Origin: Veillonella parvula
GTDB taxonomy: Bacteria > Bacillota > Negativicutes > Veillonellales > Veillonellaceae
Length of the DNA stretch: 64,000 bases
Direction: 5' to 3'
Assembly: GCA_959601155.1 (NCBI GenBank)
Contig: CAUGOU010000003.1
Coordinates: 46,162-110,161, forward strand
A program made the translations under genes and the position numbers. Shown one piece after another: positions 54,908 through 63,163 of the stretch. Below the pieces are notes generated by a model. The model saw nothing but the letters and a program-made list of their open reading frames with translations. It searched no databases and had not been told where the DNA came from. How positions within the stretch are numbered: the first letter of the stretch is position 1; every line of letters starts with the position of its first letter.

Positions 54908-55624
54908 CTACTCCTCACTGATCAAAATGCGTTGCGTTTCCTTGCCCGCAACGGTAAAACGTTTTTCAAGCAATCGGCCCAAGAGAGACACGATGATAAT
55001 TAGAATACCATAAATGATGGCCGCATCGACGAATAGCTCAAGATAGCGCTGACTATTGCCGCCCATGAGGTCCGCCTTACGCATCATATCGACAACGCCG
55101 ACGTTAAAAATGAGCGCCGTCCCTTTCAACATGCCGATAACGAGGTTCGTCAACGGTGGAATGCTCATGGTGAAAGCCTGCGGCAAGATGATGCGCACAT
55201 AGCTTTGGAACTCGGTCATACCAAGACTTTTAGCGGCTTCCTTCTCACCAGGAGCCACCGCATCAATACTGGAGCGCATGATTTCAGCGCTGTAAGCTGC
55301 AATGTGCAATGTAAATACGGCGTATACGAATACGAGGCCTGGCACATTTTTCATGTTAAGCCCCATATGGGACATGATTTCTGGTACCCCAAAGTAAATA
55401 AGGAAGAGCTGTACCAAGAACGGAGTGCCCCGCATAAAGGAGATAAATACGATAAATAATTGGTTTAATACTGGTACCTTCTTGAGGCGAATGATGGCTA
55501 TGATAGAGCCCAAAATAACACCTAAGATGGCAGAAATAACGGTGATAAGCACCGTTACGTGCACATAATTCAAGAGCTGTGGAAACGCTTGGATCATGTA
55601 GGACACATCAAAATACTTGCCCAC
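54908..55624 (-). CDS. Amino-acid ABC transporter permease
   Basis: 238 aa. EAAKSLGMTEFQSYVRIILPQA is the EAA loop. Confidence 0.85.
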   Translation of the reverse strand: MGKYFDVSYMIQAFPQLLNYVHVTVLITVISAILGVILGSIIAIIRLKKVPVLNQLFIVFISFMRGTPFLVQLFLIYFGVPEIMSHMGLNMKNVPGLVFVYAVFTLHIAAYSAEIMRSSIDAVAPGEKEAAKSLGMTEFQSYVRIILPQAFTMSIPPLTNLVIGMLKGTALIFNVGVVDMMRKADLMGGNSQRYLELFVDAAIIYGILIIIVSLLGRLLEKRFTVAGKETQRILISEE

Positions 55625-55679
55625 AGTAACACCTCGCTTCTAGACATAATAGAATAAGGCCGCCAAGGCGGCCTATCCG

Positions 55680-56519
55680 TTATTTTTGTGTTGGATCGAA
55701 TGTGTAATCCCCACCAAGATATTGTTCAGAAAGTTTTTTCAACGTACCATCTGCACGCATTTCTTTCATAGTTTTATCGATTTTTTCGTTTACTTGTTTC
55801 ATGTCATCTGTACGTTTAGACAAGAAATAAGTTGGTACTACGGCCAATACATCACCTACGGCTTTAAGTGGCAAGCCACGGTCTTTAATAGCAGAGTTAA
55901 TTACGTATTCATACTCACCTGCTGCATCAGCACGGCCTGTAGCAACGAGGTTTAATGTTTCTGCACCTGCTTTATCTGTATAGATAACTTCGATTTGAGG
56001 ATTTGCTGTTTCGTTGAATTGTTTTACTAACTCGTTGAACTCAGAGGATGTAGTAACGGCGATTTTCTTGCCTTTCAAATCATCCAATTTAGAGATGTCG
56101 TTGCGATCGTTTTTAACTACTAATTTACGTGTAGAGTAGTTGTTAACCTCATTTGTGTAGTAGTATTTTGCTTCACGTGTCGGGTTGCGACGCATTTGGT
56201 TTGCAATCATGTCCACTTGGCCTGCATCCATTGCTACAAAGGCAGCATCAACGGCCATTGGCTTGAAGTTGAAGTGAAGGTCTGGATTACGACGCTCAAT
56301 TTCTTTCAACAATTCTACGTCAAAACCAGTAAGGTTGCCATTATCATCTGTATAGGAATAGGGGCGAACTGTACCGCGTGTAGCTACGTTAATTACTTTA
56401 GCATCAGGATTTACCTTTGCGTCCTTAGATGTATCGTCACCGCAACCAGCTACGACAAGCACGCCTAGTGCCAACGCGCCGATGGCGAATAATTTCGTTA
56501 ATTTCTTTGTATTAAACAT
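55680..56519 (-). CDS. Amino-acid ABC transporter substrate-binding lipoprotein (cystine/polar amino-acid type)
   Basis: Lipobox VVAGCG. It has the family 3 SBP pattern (VATRGTVRPYSYTD, GFDVELLKEI). Its start overlaps the stop of the upstream MmgE/PrpD gene by 8 nt. Confidence 0.8.
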   Translation of the reverse strand: MFNTKKLTKLFAIGALALGVLVVAGCGDDTSKDAKVNPDAKVINVATRGTVRPYSYTDDNGNLTGFDVELLKEIERRNPDLHFNFKPMAVDAAFVAMDAGQVDMIANQMRRNPTREAKYYYTNEVNNYSTRKLVVKNDRNDISKLDDLKGKKIAVTTSSEFNELVKQFNETANPQIEVIYTDKAGAETLNLVATGRADAAGEYEYVINSAIKDRGLPLKAVGDVLAVVPTYFLSKRTDDMKQVNEKIDKTMKEMRADGTLKKLSEQYLGGDYTFDPTQK

Positions 56520-58002
56520 GTAAAACTCCTTCTTTTCGCAATGTTTGCAGGAATGACTCTACCTTATCTGTATGGGTAAAAGCCTCAATAACTCTATCTA
56601 TTTGGTCAGCCTCCAAGGTGAGACCTAATTTAATGCGTATATCCTCCATAGTAAGAGGATTCTTCGGCGATCCTTTAGGATTATTCACCGTTTCTGTGAA
56701 AGTATCTCCATTTTTCAAGGTAACGGTTACTTTCGTAATCCGCTCTGTTTGAGATACCTTCGGCAAGCCATAGACACGCTCTATGCGCGACATACAGTCT
56801 CGTACATCTGTGTCTATGGCATCTATCTTGAACAACTCATCCTGTACCGACCCATACGCGAGGACTTGGTACACGATGTACTCTATGGAAAACTGCCCTT
56901 CTCGACCTGTTGTTGGCGATGTATAACGCAATGCCGCATCAGCACCAGGTGGGAAGTGAACAGTCACTCGATTTATCTCATCCCAAAGGGAGAAATCGGG
57001 GGTGGTACATAATCTACATTGATCTTGTTCCTCTGTATCTGGTGAAAGGTAGTTGTGTTTAGACACATACGAAGAAGATGTATATAGTCTATGTACCACG
57101 ATTTCTGCTGCTTCAGCGCCACAAATGGCTGCCGAGCAATACGGGTGAACTTTCATCCACAAACCAGGATCAATGAGTTGTCCTGGTGCTAGCCAACGGC
57201 TAGCAATGTCATTTGATGTAACGGTAATATTACCGATAGTTTTAAACCAACCCCGTTCAGGGTCAAATGGTTTTGTACTTGTTCGCAGTGATGTATGTTG
57301 TAACAGTTCGTAAGCCCATACGCCATTGCGTGCCGCCAGTCCCGCATGGAGCGGCTTACCATCTGTGCCACTTTGAAAGAACATGCCCGCCGATTGAGTA
57401 GCAGCCAAAGACAGGAGCTGAGCCAAGCTTTCACCATGAAGGCCTCGCAAAGCGCCTATAGCGGCCGCCGCCCCAATAACACCAACGGTCCCCGTAGAAT
57501 GCCATCCTTGGGTCCGATGGGCAGGATTGATAAGGGAACCAATAATCCCTTCTAACTCGGCACCGATGATATAGGCCCGAAAGAATTCGTGCCATGTATC
57601 CGTCGGCTCGAGCACTGCCAGTAAAGCAGAGTATAAAACAGTACTGAAATGACCTGCTAGATTTGCCTGGGCGTCATCAGAATCTAAATAATGGGAGGCA
57701 AAGCCATAATATAAGGCCTTATCAACCTTAGATACATTCTCTATTGCTAAGCCAGTATTGCCCGCTGATATAACCTTGCCACTGAAAACAGAGGAGTTCA
57801 TATGACGGCCAACATCCAATCCTATAGATGACTTAGCTCCTATGAACCGAGCCAAGTCTCGAACGGCTTGTTTGTTCTCTGCTGGTGCTAAGGATGCTAG
57901 ATAATCTAGGAAGGCAATGCGAGCCACTGACAGGAGGTCCTCACGGTTCGTCACATCCGTTTGTTCTATGTAGTTCACAATCGTCTGTGTTACGGAATCC
58001 AT
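56512..58002 (-). CDS. MmgE/PrpD-family protein (2-methylcitrate-dehydratase fold, substrate unknown)
   Basis: 496 aa. The N-terminal pattern (VARIAFLDYLAS...) and overall length are typical of MmgE/PrpD. Confidence 0.65.
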   Translation of the reverse strand: MDSVTQTIVNYIEQTDVTNREDLLSVARIAFLDYLASLAPAENKQAVRDLARFIGAKSSIGLDVGRHMNSSVFSGKVISAGNTGLAIENVSKVDKALYYGFASHYLDSDDAQANLAGHFSTVLYSALLAVLEPTDTWHEFFRAYIIGAELEGIIGSLINPAHRTQGWHSTGTVGVIGAAAAIGALRGLHGESLAQLLSLAATQSAGMFFQSGTDGKPLHAGLAARNGVWAYELLQHTSLRTSTKPFDPERGWFKTIGNITVTSNDIASRWLAPGQLIDPGLWMKVHPYCSAAICGAEAAEIVVHRLYTSSSYVSKHNYLSPDTEEQDQCRLCTTPDFSLWDEINRVTVHFPPGADAALRYTSPTTGREGQFSIEYIVYQVLAYGSVQDELFKIDAIDTDVRDCMSRIERVYGLPKVSQTERITKVTVTLKNGDTFTETVNNPKGSPKNPLTMEDIRIKLGLTLEADQIDRVIEAFTHTDKVESFLQTLRKEGVLHV

Positions 58003-58124
58003 GGAGCCTTCCTTTCAGTTATCTATAATTAAATATATTGATCGATTCGTCAGTAATGTATCAGATTTCATAGTAAAAGATGTACTAAATACGGCTCATC
58101 CAACATATGAATTTACCGTCTATT

Positions 58125-59240
58125 TTATTTACCAAATTTTTCAGCCCGGTCATTTGGTTCTAACCAAATGGAATCGTCTGGTCCTTTTGGAACGAGGCGT
58201 GGTAGATCCTCAAATGGCGTATGATCTACATAGTAGAAGCGTTTGCGCATGGAGTCGAAGTCCGTTGTGCCACCGAATGCAGGATTGGAGTACAAATCTT
58301 TCGCATAGTTCCAAAGATTTGGATAGTCTACAAGACGTTTCTTATTCACCAAGTATTTTTGGTAGAATACAAGGTCAAAACGAGCCAATGTTGGGAAAAT
58401 ACGAATATCTGGGTCTGTGATTGTGTCGCCCATCAAGTAACGTTGCTTGCTAAGGCGTTCTTCGAGCCAATCTAAGCGAGCAAAGATACGATCATAGTAA
58501 TATTCGTAATCTTTTTGGTTTGTTACAAGAGCTGCCAAGTTTACAGCCAAGTTGAAGTCAGCGTAGATGATAACATTCAATGCATCGATGTCGGCACGCA
58601 ATTCCTCAGGATAAATATCTGGTGCATCAGGGGACACAAAATCTTTAAAACCCACTGCCAATTCTGTAGTCAATGCATGGTAGTCGTTGTTGACTACCGC
58701 ACCAGTCGTAACATCTACGATAGCTGGTACTGTGGAGCGTGCATCGTAGTTAGGATCACCTTTGCGGTACGCTTCACCTAAGGAGTGAATGCCCAATACA
58801 GGGTCCTTTTCATCCTTATCAAGGGTAAAGAACCAGTCTGCAATAACGCCTGCTGGACGCAATGGATCAACCGTGCCTTTGGAGATTACCTTATCTAGGC
58901 CAAGCAAATCAATGGCAATAGCAATACGGTGAGCCCAAGGGCAATGCTTAGACCATACAAGGCGGTAACGGTCCTTTTCTACAGGTAGAAACCCTGGTTC
59001 ACTGCCAAAAGGTGTTGTGAATTGAGGCTCTTCACTATCAGAATATTTTTGACGACGGTTAAAATTCGATGCATCTTTACCTTCATACTCCTTCTGCTCC
59101 CCTTGAGAACGAGGGTTACTAGATTGAAACTCAGAAAAATCGATAGGACAAGGATTCATAGCGCGTTGAAACTCAACTTCTTTTCGAGCCGCCGCAATGG
59201 TAGGATCCTTGATTTTACTTACATCTACGTGTTCACTCAT
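58125..59240 (-). CDS. Xi-class glutathione transferase / glutathionyl-hydroquinone reductase (YqjG/ECM4 family)
   Basis: EKDRYRLVWSKHCPWAHRIAIAIDLLGL contains the diagnostic CPWA active-site motif. The N-terminal extension is longer than in E. coli YqjG as I recall it. Confidence 0.7.
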   Translation of the reverse strand: MSEHVDVSKIKDPTIAAARKEVEFQRAMNPCPIDFSEFQSSNPRSQGEQKEYEGKDASNFNRRQKYSDSEEPQFTTPFGSEPGFLPVEKDRYRLVWSKHCPWAHRIAIAIDLLGLDKVISKGTVDPLRPAGVIADWFFTLDKDEKDPVLGIHSLGEAYRKGDPNYDARSTVPAIVDVTTGAVVNNDYHALTTELAVGFKDFVSPDAPDIYPEELRADIDALNVIIYADFNLAVNLAALVTNQKDYEYYYDRIFARLDWLEERLSKQRYLMGDTITDPDIRIFPTLARFDLVFYQKYLVNKKRLVDYPNLWNYAKDLYSNPAFGGTTDFDSMRKRFYYVDHTPFEDLPRLVPKGPDDSIWLEPNDRAEKFGK

Positions 59241-59504
59241 TCTATACTCCTTATAAAGGTCATCCCCATTAGCTTTATTCCACTTTTTATGGTGAAAGCT
59301 TTTGTGATATCCCTCAACTATTCCTACTAACTCAATATGAATATAAACCTATATTATATTATTTAAAAACCTATGTCAATAGTGGGTATTTAAAATTTAT
59401 AATATCTATTACAAACAAAAATCTCGAGTTATATCGTTTCTAGATATAACTCGAGCTTTATTTAAATTATGTGTATTAAACAAACACTAGTATTGGTAAT
59501 ATTT

Positions 59505-60161
59505 TTATTCGTGAGGTGTTGTATAGTTAATATCTTGTGCCTTGTAACTTTCACCATGAGCTAATACATGAACGATGGTTTCCAATGTGGCACGTACAGT
59601 TTCAACAGCCATGCTTGGTTGATTTGGTTTATCCACCACTTGGGATGGCAAGTATGGGATGTGCATAAAGCCCGCCTTAATATTGCCCTTTTGCGCGGCA
59701 TAGTGACATACACCATACATCAAGTGGTTGCATACGAAGGTTCCCGCTGTATTGGAGACCTTAGCAGGAATACCGTTTTGATGTAACGCATTGACGATAT
59801 TTTTTATGGGCAATGTCGCAAAATAGGCACTAGGGCCATCGGCTACAACAGGCTCATCTTCCGGTTGGTTGCCCCCATTATCTGGGATGCGAAAATCGTC
59901 GCAGTTAATAGCAACGCGTTCCACTGTAATATCAGGACGACCACCTGCTTGACCTACACACAGGATAAAATCTGGTTGGCACTGTTCAGCTGCTGCTTTT
60001 ACAGTATCAACAGATTTATAACGAATGGTAGGAACCATTTGTGTCACTACCTTGTAATCACCATCGGTATAACCATCCATTGTTTTGACCGCTTCCCAAG
60101 CCGGATTAATAGGTTCACCGCCAAATGGATCAAAGCCGGTAATTAAAATTGTTTTCATCAC
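59505..60161 (-). CDS. pcp: Pyroglutamyl-peptidase I
   Basis: MKTILITGFDPFGGEPINPAWE. GTFVCNHLMY contains the catalytic Cys. Confidence 0.9.
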   Translation of the reverse strand: MMKTILITGFDPFGGEPINPAWEAVKTMDGYTDGDYKVVTQMVPTIRYKSVDTVKAAAEQCQPDFILCVGQAGGRPDITVERVAINCDDFRIPDNGGNQPEDEPVVADGPSAYFATLPIKNIVNALHQNGIPAKVSNTAGTFVCNHLMYGVCHYAAQKGNIKAGFMHIPYLPSQVVDKPNQPSMAVETVRATLETIVHVLAHGESYKAQDINYTTPHE

Positions 60162-60270
60162 ACTACCTCATAACGATATCTTATGGTTCATTAGAATAAT
60201 CAAGCATGATACATAACCTTACAAGATATATCATATAGTTTCATAAGCATATCGTACTTTCACAAAAGGG

Positions 60271-61200
60271 TTAAATAAAGTAATACATTAATAGAATATT
60301 CAATACGAGCATGATTAATGCAATTGGAAGTTGTGCTTTAATAACGCCGTATTGGTCGCGCATTTCAAGGAGCGCTACCGGTACGATGTTAAAGTTGGCG
60401 GCCATAGGTGTCATCAAAGTACCGCAATAGCCAGCAAGCATTGCTATAGCACCAACAGCCGCAGGGTTCGCACCATGAGCTACAACGAGCATTGGGATAC
60501 CGATGGCACTTGTAATCATCGCAAATGCGGCAAATGCGTTACCCATGATCATTGTGAAGATAACCATACCAATGCAATATGCCACAACAACGAGGAATAC
60601 ATTATCTGCTGGTACTACACTTGCGACTGCACTAGAGATAAGTTTACCAACGCCAGCCAAATTAAATAGATACCCAAGAGCCGCTAATAACTGGGACAAA
60701 ATTGCAGTCCAACTGATAGCATCGATAAGACGACGACCTTCATGGAAACCTTGGTTAAGTTCGCCCTTTGTAATAAAAAGAGCAGCACACATAGCTATGA
60801 TTGCGGCAATACCTAGACCAACAAGAGCGCCTAACTTAGTAAAGAAACCAATGAAGAATGTAATAATACCAACAAGTAACGCTGGTACAAAGATTACATT
60901 ACCAATACGAATAGCTTCGCCTTTTTTGAATTCGATAGGAGACTCAAAGTAATGGCCTTTGCCGAGTTGTTTTACTAATACGATAGCTGCCATAGCAATG
61001 ACAAGCCAGCCATTAATTTCCTTGGAGAGATAAGAACCAAAGATAAAGGATACGCTATATAAGAGCCAAAATAAGCCTGTACCAATACGATATTTATGTT
61101 CTTTATCTAGAAATGATTGAATAGCAAAGATAAATAGAATAATCCCTACGAGAAGATATACATAATCTAAGGGCTGCATTTTATAGAATATTTCTAACAT
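60271..61200 (-). CDS. DUF979-family membrane protein
   Basis: 309 aa, polytopic. Size, position next to pcp and pairing with a DUF969-type gene fit the family. The assignment comes from recollection of this gene pair, not a search. Confidence 0.55.
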   Translation of the reverse strand: MLEIFYKMQPLDYVYLLVGIILFIFAIQSFLDKEHKYRIGTGLFWLLYSVSFIFGSYLSKEINGWLVIAMAAIVLVKQLGKGHYFESPIEFKKGEAIRIGNVIFVPALLVGIITFFIGFFTKLGALVGLGIAAIIAMCAALFITKGELNQGFHEGRRLIDAISWTAILSQLLAALGYLFNLAGVGKLISSAVASVVPADNVFLVVVAYCIGMVIFTMIMGNAFAAFAMITSAIGIPMLVVAHGANPAAVGAIAMLAGYCGTLMTPMAANFNIVPVALLEMRDQYGVIKAQLPIALIMLVLNILLMYYFI

Positions 61201-61201
61201 A

Positions 61202-61951
61202 TTATTCAGCCTCCTCCTTCAATTCTTCTGGTGTAACAAGAATATTTAACTCATTAGGTACTAATTTACCAGCTTTCATATCCGCTTCGTCACGAGCTAC
61301 AGAGGCTTGAATTGTTTTATCAAAGATAATAAAGCGAATAAAGTTAACGATATAGGCACAAACAGCAGTTGGCAATCCGTACAATACCATATCTGTTAAT
61401 TCTACAGAATAACCTAATTGTTCCATAACGCCTTTGATGAGTAATAACCCACCAGCAGCAAGGAATAAGTTTTGACCGAAGAAGTTACCTATATTATCTG
61501 CAGAAGCAGCCACACCGCGCACCTTATCAAGCGTACGTTGAGATACTGGGCGGCCTTGTGCTACCGCAGCTTCACTCATAGGAGCGATCAATGGACGAAC
61601 CATGGCAACCATACCGGACATGTTAATGCCAAAGGCTACAGTTACTTGACGCACAAATAAGTAAATCATAAAGATACGACCTGCCGTAGCAGCGTTGATC
61701 TTGCTAATTAAAATTTCTGCCCGTTCACGCAAGCCGTGACGTTCCATAAGACCGATAACAGGTAAAATCAAAATAAATAATGACATATAACGATTTTTAA
61801 CAAAGGCCTCTCCAATAGCACCAACGATATCGTTAATACTGAGACCACCTGCCAGGCCTGTTACAAAGCCTGCGGCTACGACAACTAACAAGGCATTAAA
61901 GCGCAGCATCAGACCGATGACCATCACTAAAATACCAGACAAAATCAACAT
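61202..61951 (-). CDS. DUF969-family membrane protein
   Basis: 249 aa, polytopic. There is a 1-nt gap to the DUF979-type gene. The caveat given for the DUF979 gene applies here too. Confidence 0.55.
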   Translation of the reverse strand: MLILSGILVMVIGLMLRFNALLVVVAAGFVTGLAGGLSINDIVGAIGEAFVKNRYMSLFILILPVIGLMERHGLRERAEILISKINAATAGRIFMIYLFVRQVTVAFGINMSGMVAMVRPLIAPMSEAAVAQGRPVSQRTLDKVRGVAASADNIGNFFGQNLFLAAGGLLLIKGVMEQLGYSVELTDMVLYGLPTAVCAYIVNFIRFIIFDKTIQASVARDEADMKAGKLVPNELNILVTPEELKEEAE

Positions 61952-62159
61952 ATGGACACATCCTTTCTACAAATCATCCATAACACATATAACCATAAAG
62001 ATACGTTATATGTATATATTATATACTGAATAGTCATAATCTTACACAAAAAAATACCTTGTATCTAAATTTAGTGAATGTCCCTGATCTGCGATCAGAG
62101 CATAAAACACTCAAATAGAGTACAAGGTAATTTACGTAATTAATATAACGTTTTCTTAA

Positions 62160-62645
62160 TTAATTTAATTCTTTCTTGAATAATATAGTTGTATGCTGTT
62201 TTCCTCTAAAATGAACCTTATCATACGCCGTAAACCCAAAGGATTCATACATTTTAGGCAACCACGGATGCTCCTTAGCCGTTCCTAATGTAACAATATG
62301 TGTTTTAAACTGTTCTTTTAAAAGCTCCTCTGCATAGCCCAAGACTTCCCGTGCATATCCTTTGCCTTTGAAAGCTGGCGCCGTCACAAAATGAGCAATA
62401 TGCGGATATTTATCCGGCGTTGAGTATTTCACCCAAGGCATACAAAACGTAATAGAACTAACTAATTGCCCATCAATATACAAGCCGTATACAGGATAAT
62501 TTTCAATCCATTCCTTAGATTCCTCTTCCGTAAAATCAATAGCGTCGAAGCTAATGGGATAGTCTTTTATAGCTGCGTAACCATCGATTAATACCTTATG
62601 ATATTCTGCTGTGTCTGCAACTGTTAATTGTCTAAATTCTTTCAT
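62160..62645 (-). CDS. GNAT-family acetyltransferase (paralogue B)
   Basis: 161 aa. It shares MKEFRQLTV.D.AEYH.VLI.GYA, YPHIAHFVTAP..KGKGYAREVL and HTTI.FKK with the ORF at 52803-53285. Confidence 0.7.
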   Translation of the reverse strand: MKEFRQLTVADTAEYHKVLIDGYAAIKDYPISFDAIDFTEEESKEWIENYPVYGLYIDGQLVSSITFCMPWVKYSTPDKYPHIAHFVTAPAFKGKGYAREVLGYAEELLKEQFKTHIVTLGTAKEHPWLPKMYESFGFTAYDKVHFRGKQHTTILFKKELN

Positions 62646-62905
62646 GGTCTTTCCCTCATATCTATATTTTTATTCACAAACTACGAATATTAATTCACTT
62701 TGTGAAAGTAATTATACACCTATATGTATTTATTTGCAATACAATTACATAAATATTATATGAAATTATAATATCTATAAAGAGGATCTCATATGGAGTG
62801 CCATAATATATACACAGAAGAAACTAATAACAAGATAAAACTATTGAGACAAATAAGTTATCAACTACGCCATATTGATAGATTTATATTACGTATTCTA
62901 TTTTT

Positions 62906-62946
62906 AATCAAAAAGAATGACACCAACCATAAAATGATTGGTGTCA
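62906..62946 (-). terminator. Second of two tandem terminators downstream of the adhesin gene
   Basis: Arms TGACACCAA (62918-62926) and TTGGTGTCA (62938-62946). On the minus strand they are followed by TTCTTTTTG. Confidence 0.6.
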
Positions 62947-62984
62947 AAAAATACTCATAAGATAAAATTGTAATATTTGACGGA

Positions 62985-63041
62985 TAGCAAAAATAAATTA
63001 TGTCTCCTTAATAATAGTATTATACATATAAGGAGACATAA
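62985..63041 (-). terminator. First terminator downstream of the adhesin gene
   Basis: 13-bp arms TTATGTCTCCTTA (62998-63010) and TAAGGAGACATAA (63029-63041). On the minus strand they are followed by TTTATTTTTG. Confidence 0.65.
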
Positions 63042-63163
63042 CTCAAAATCTTTTTAAAACACTTTTAAAAATATACGTTATAAATGATATATTTACGCCC
63101 TATCATTGGACATCCAATCACAATAAAACAGATTTTTTCTCATATGAAAATCTTTCGATTCTA

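Noticed and set aside
62793-62960. A 55-aa plus-strand ORF (MECHNIYTEETNNK...) with a plausible RBS (AGAGGA) in the 518-nt spacer before the adhesin gene.
   Set aside because: It is below the track cutoff, has no recognisable domain, and ends inside the minus-strand terminator hairpin. I note it but cannot support it without expression or conservation data.
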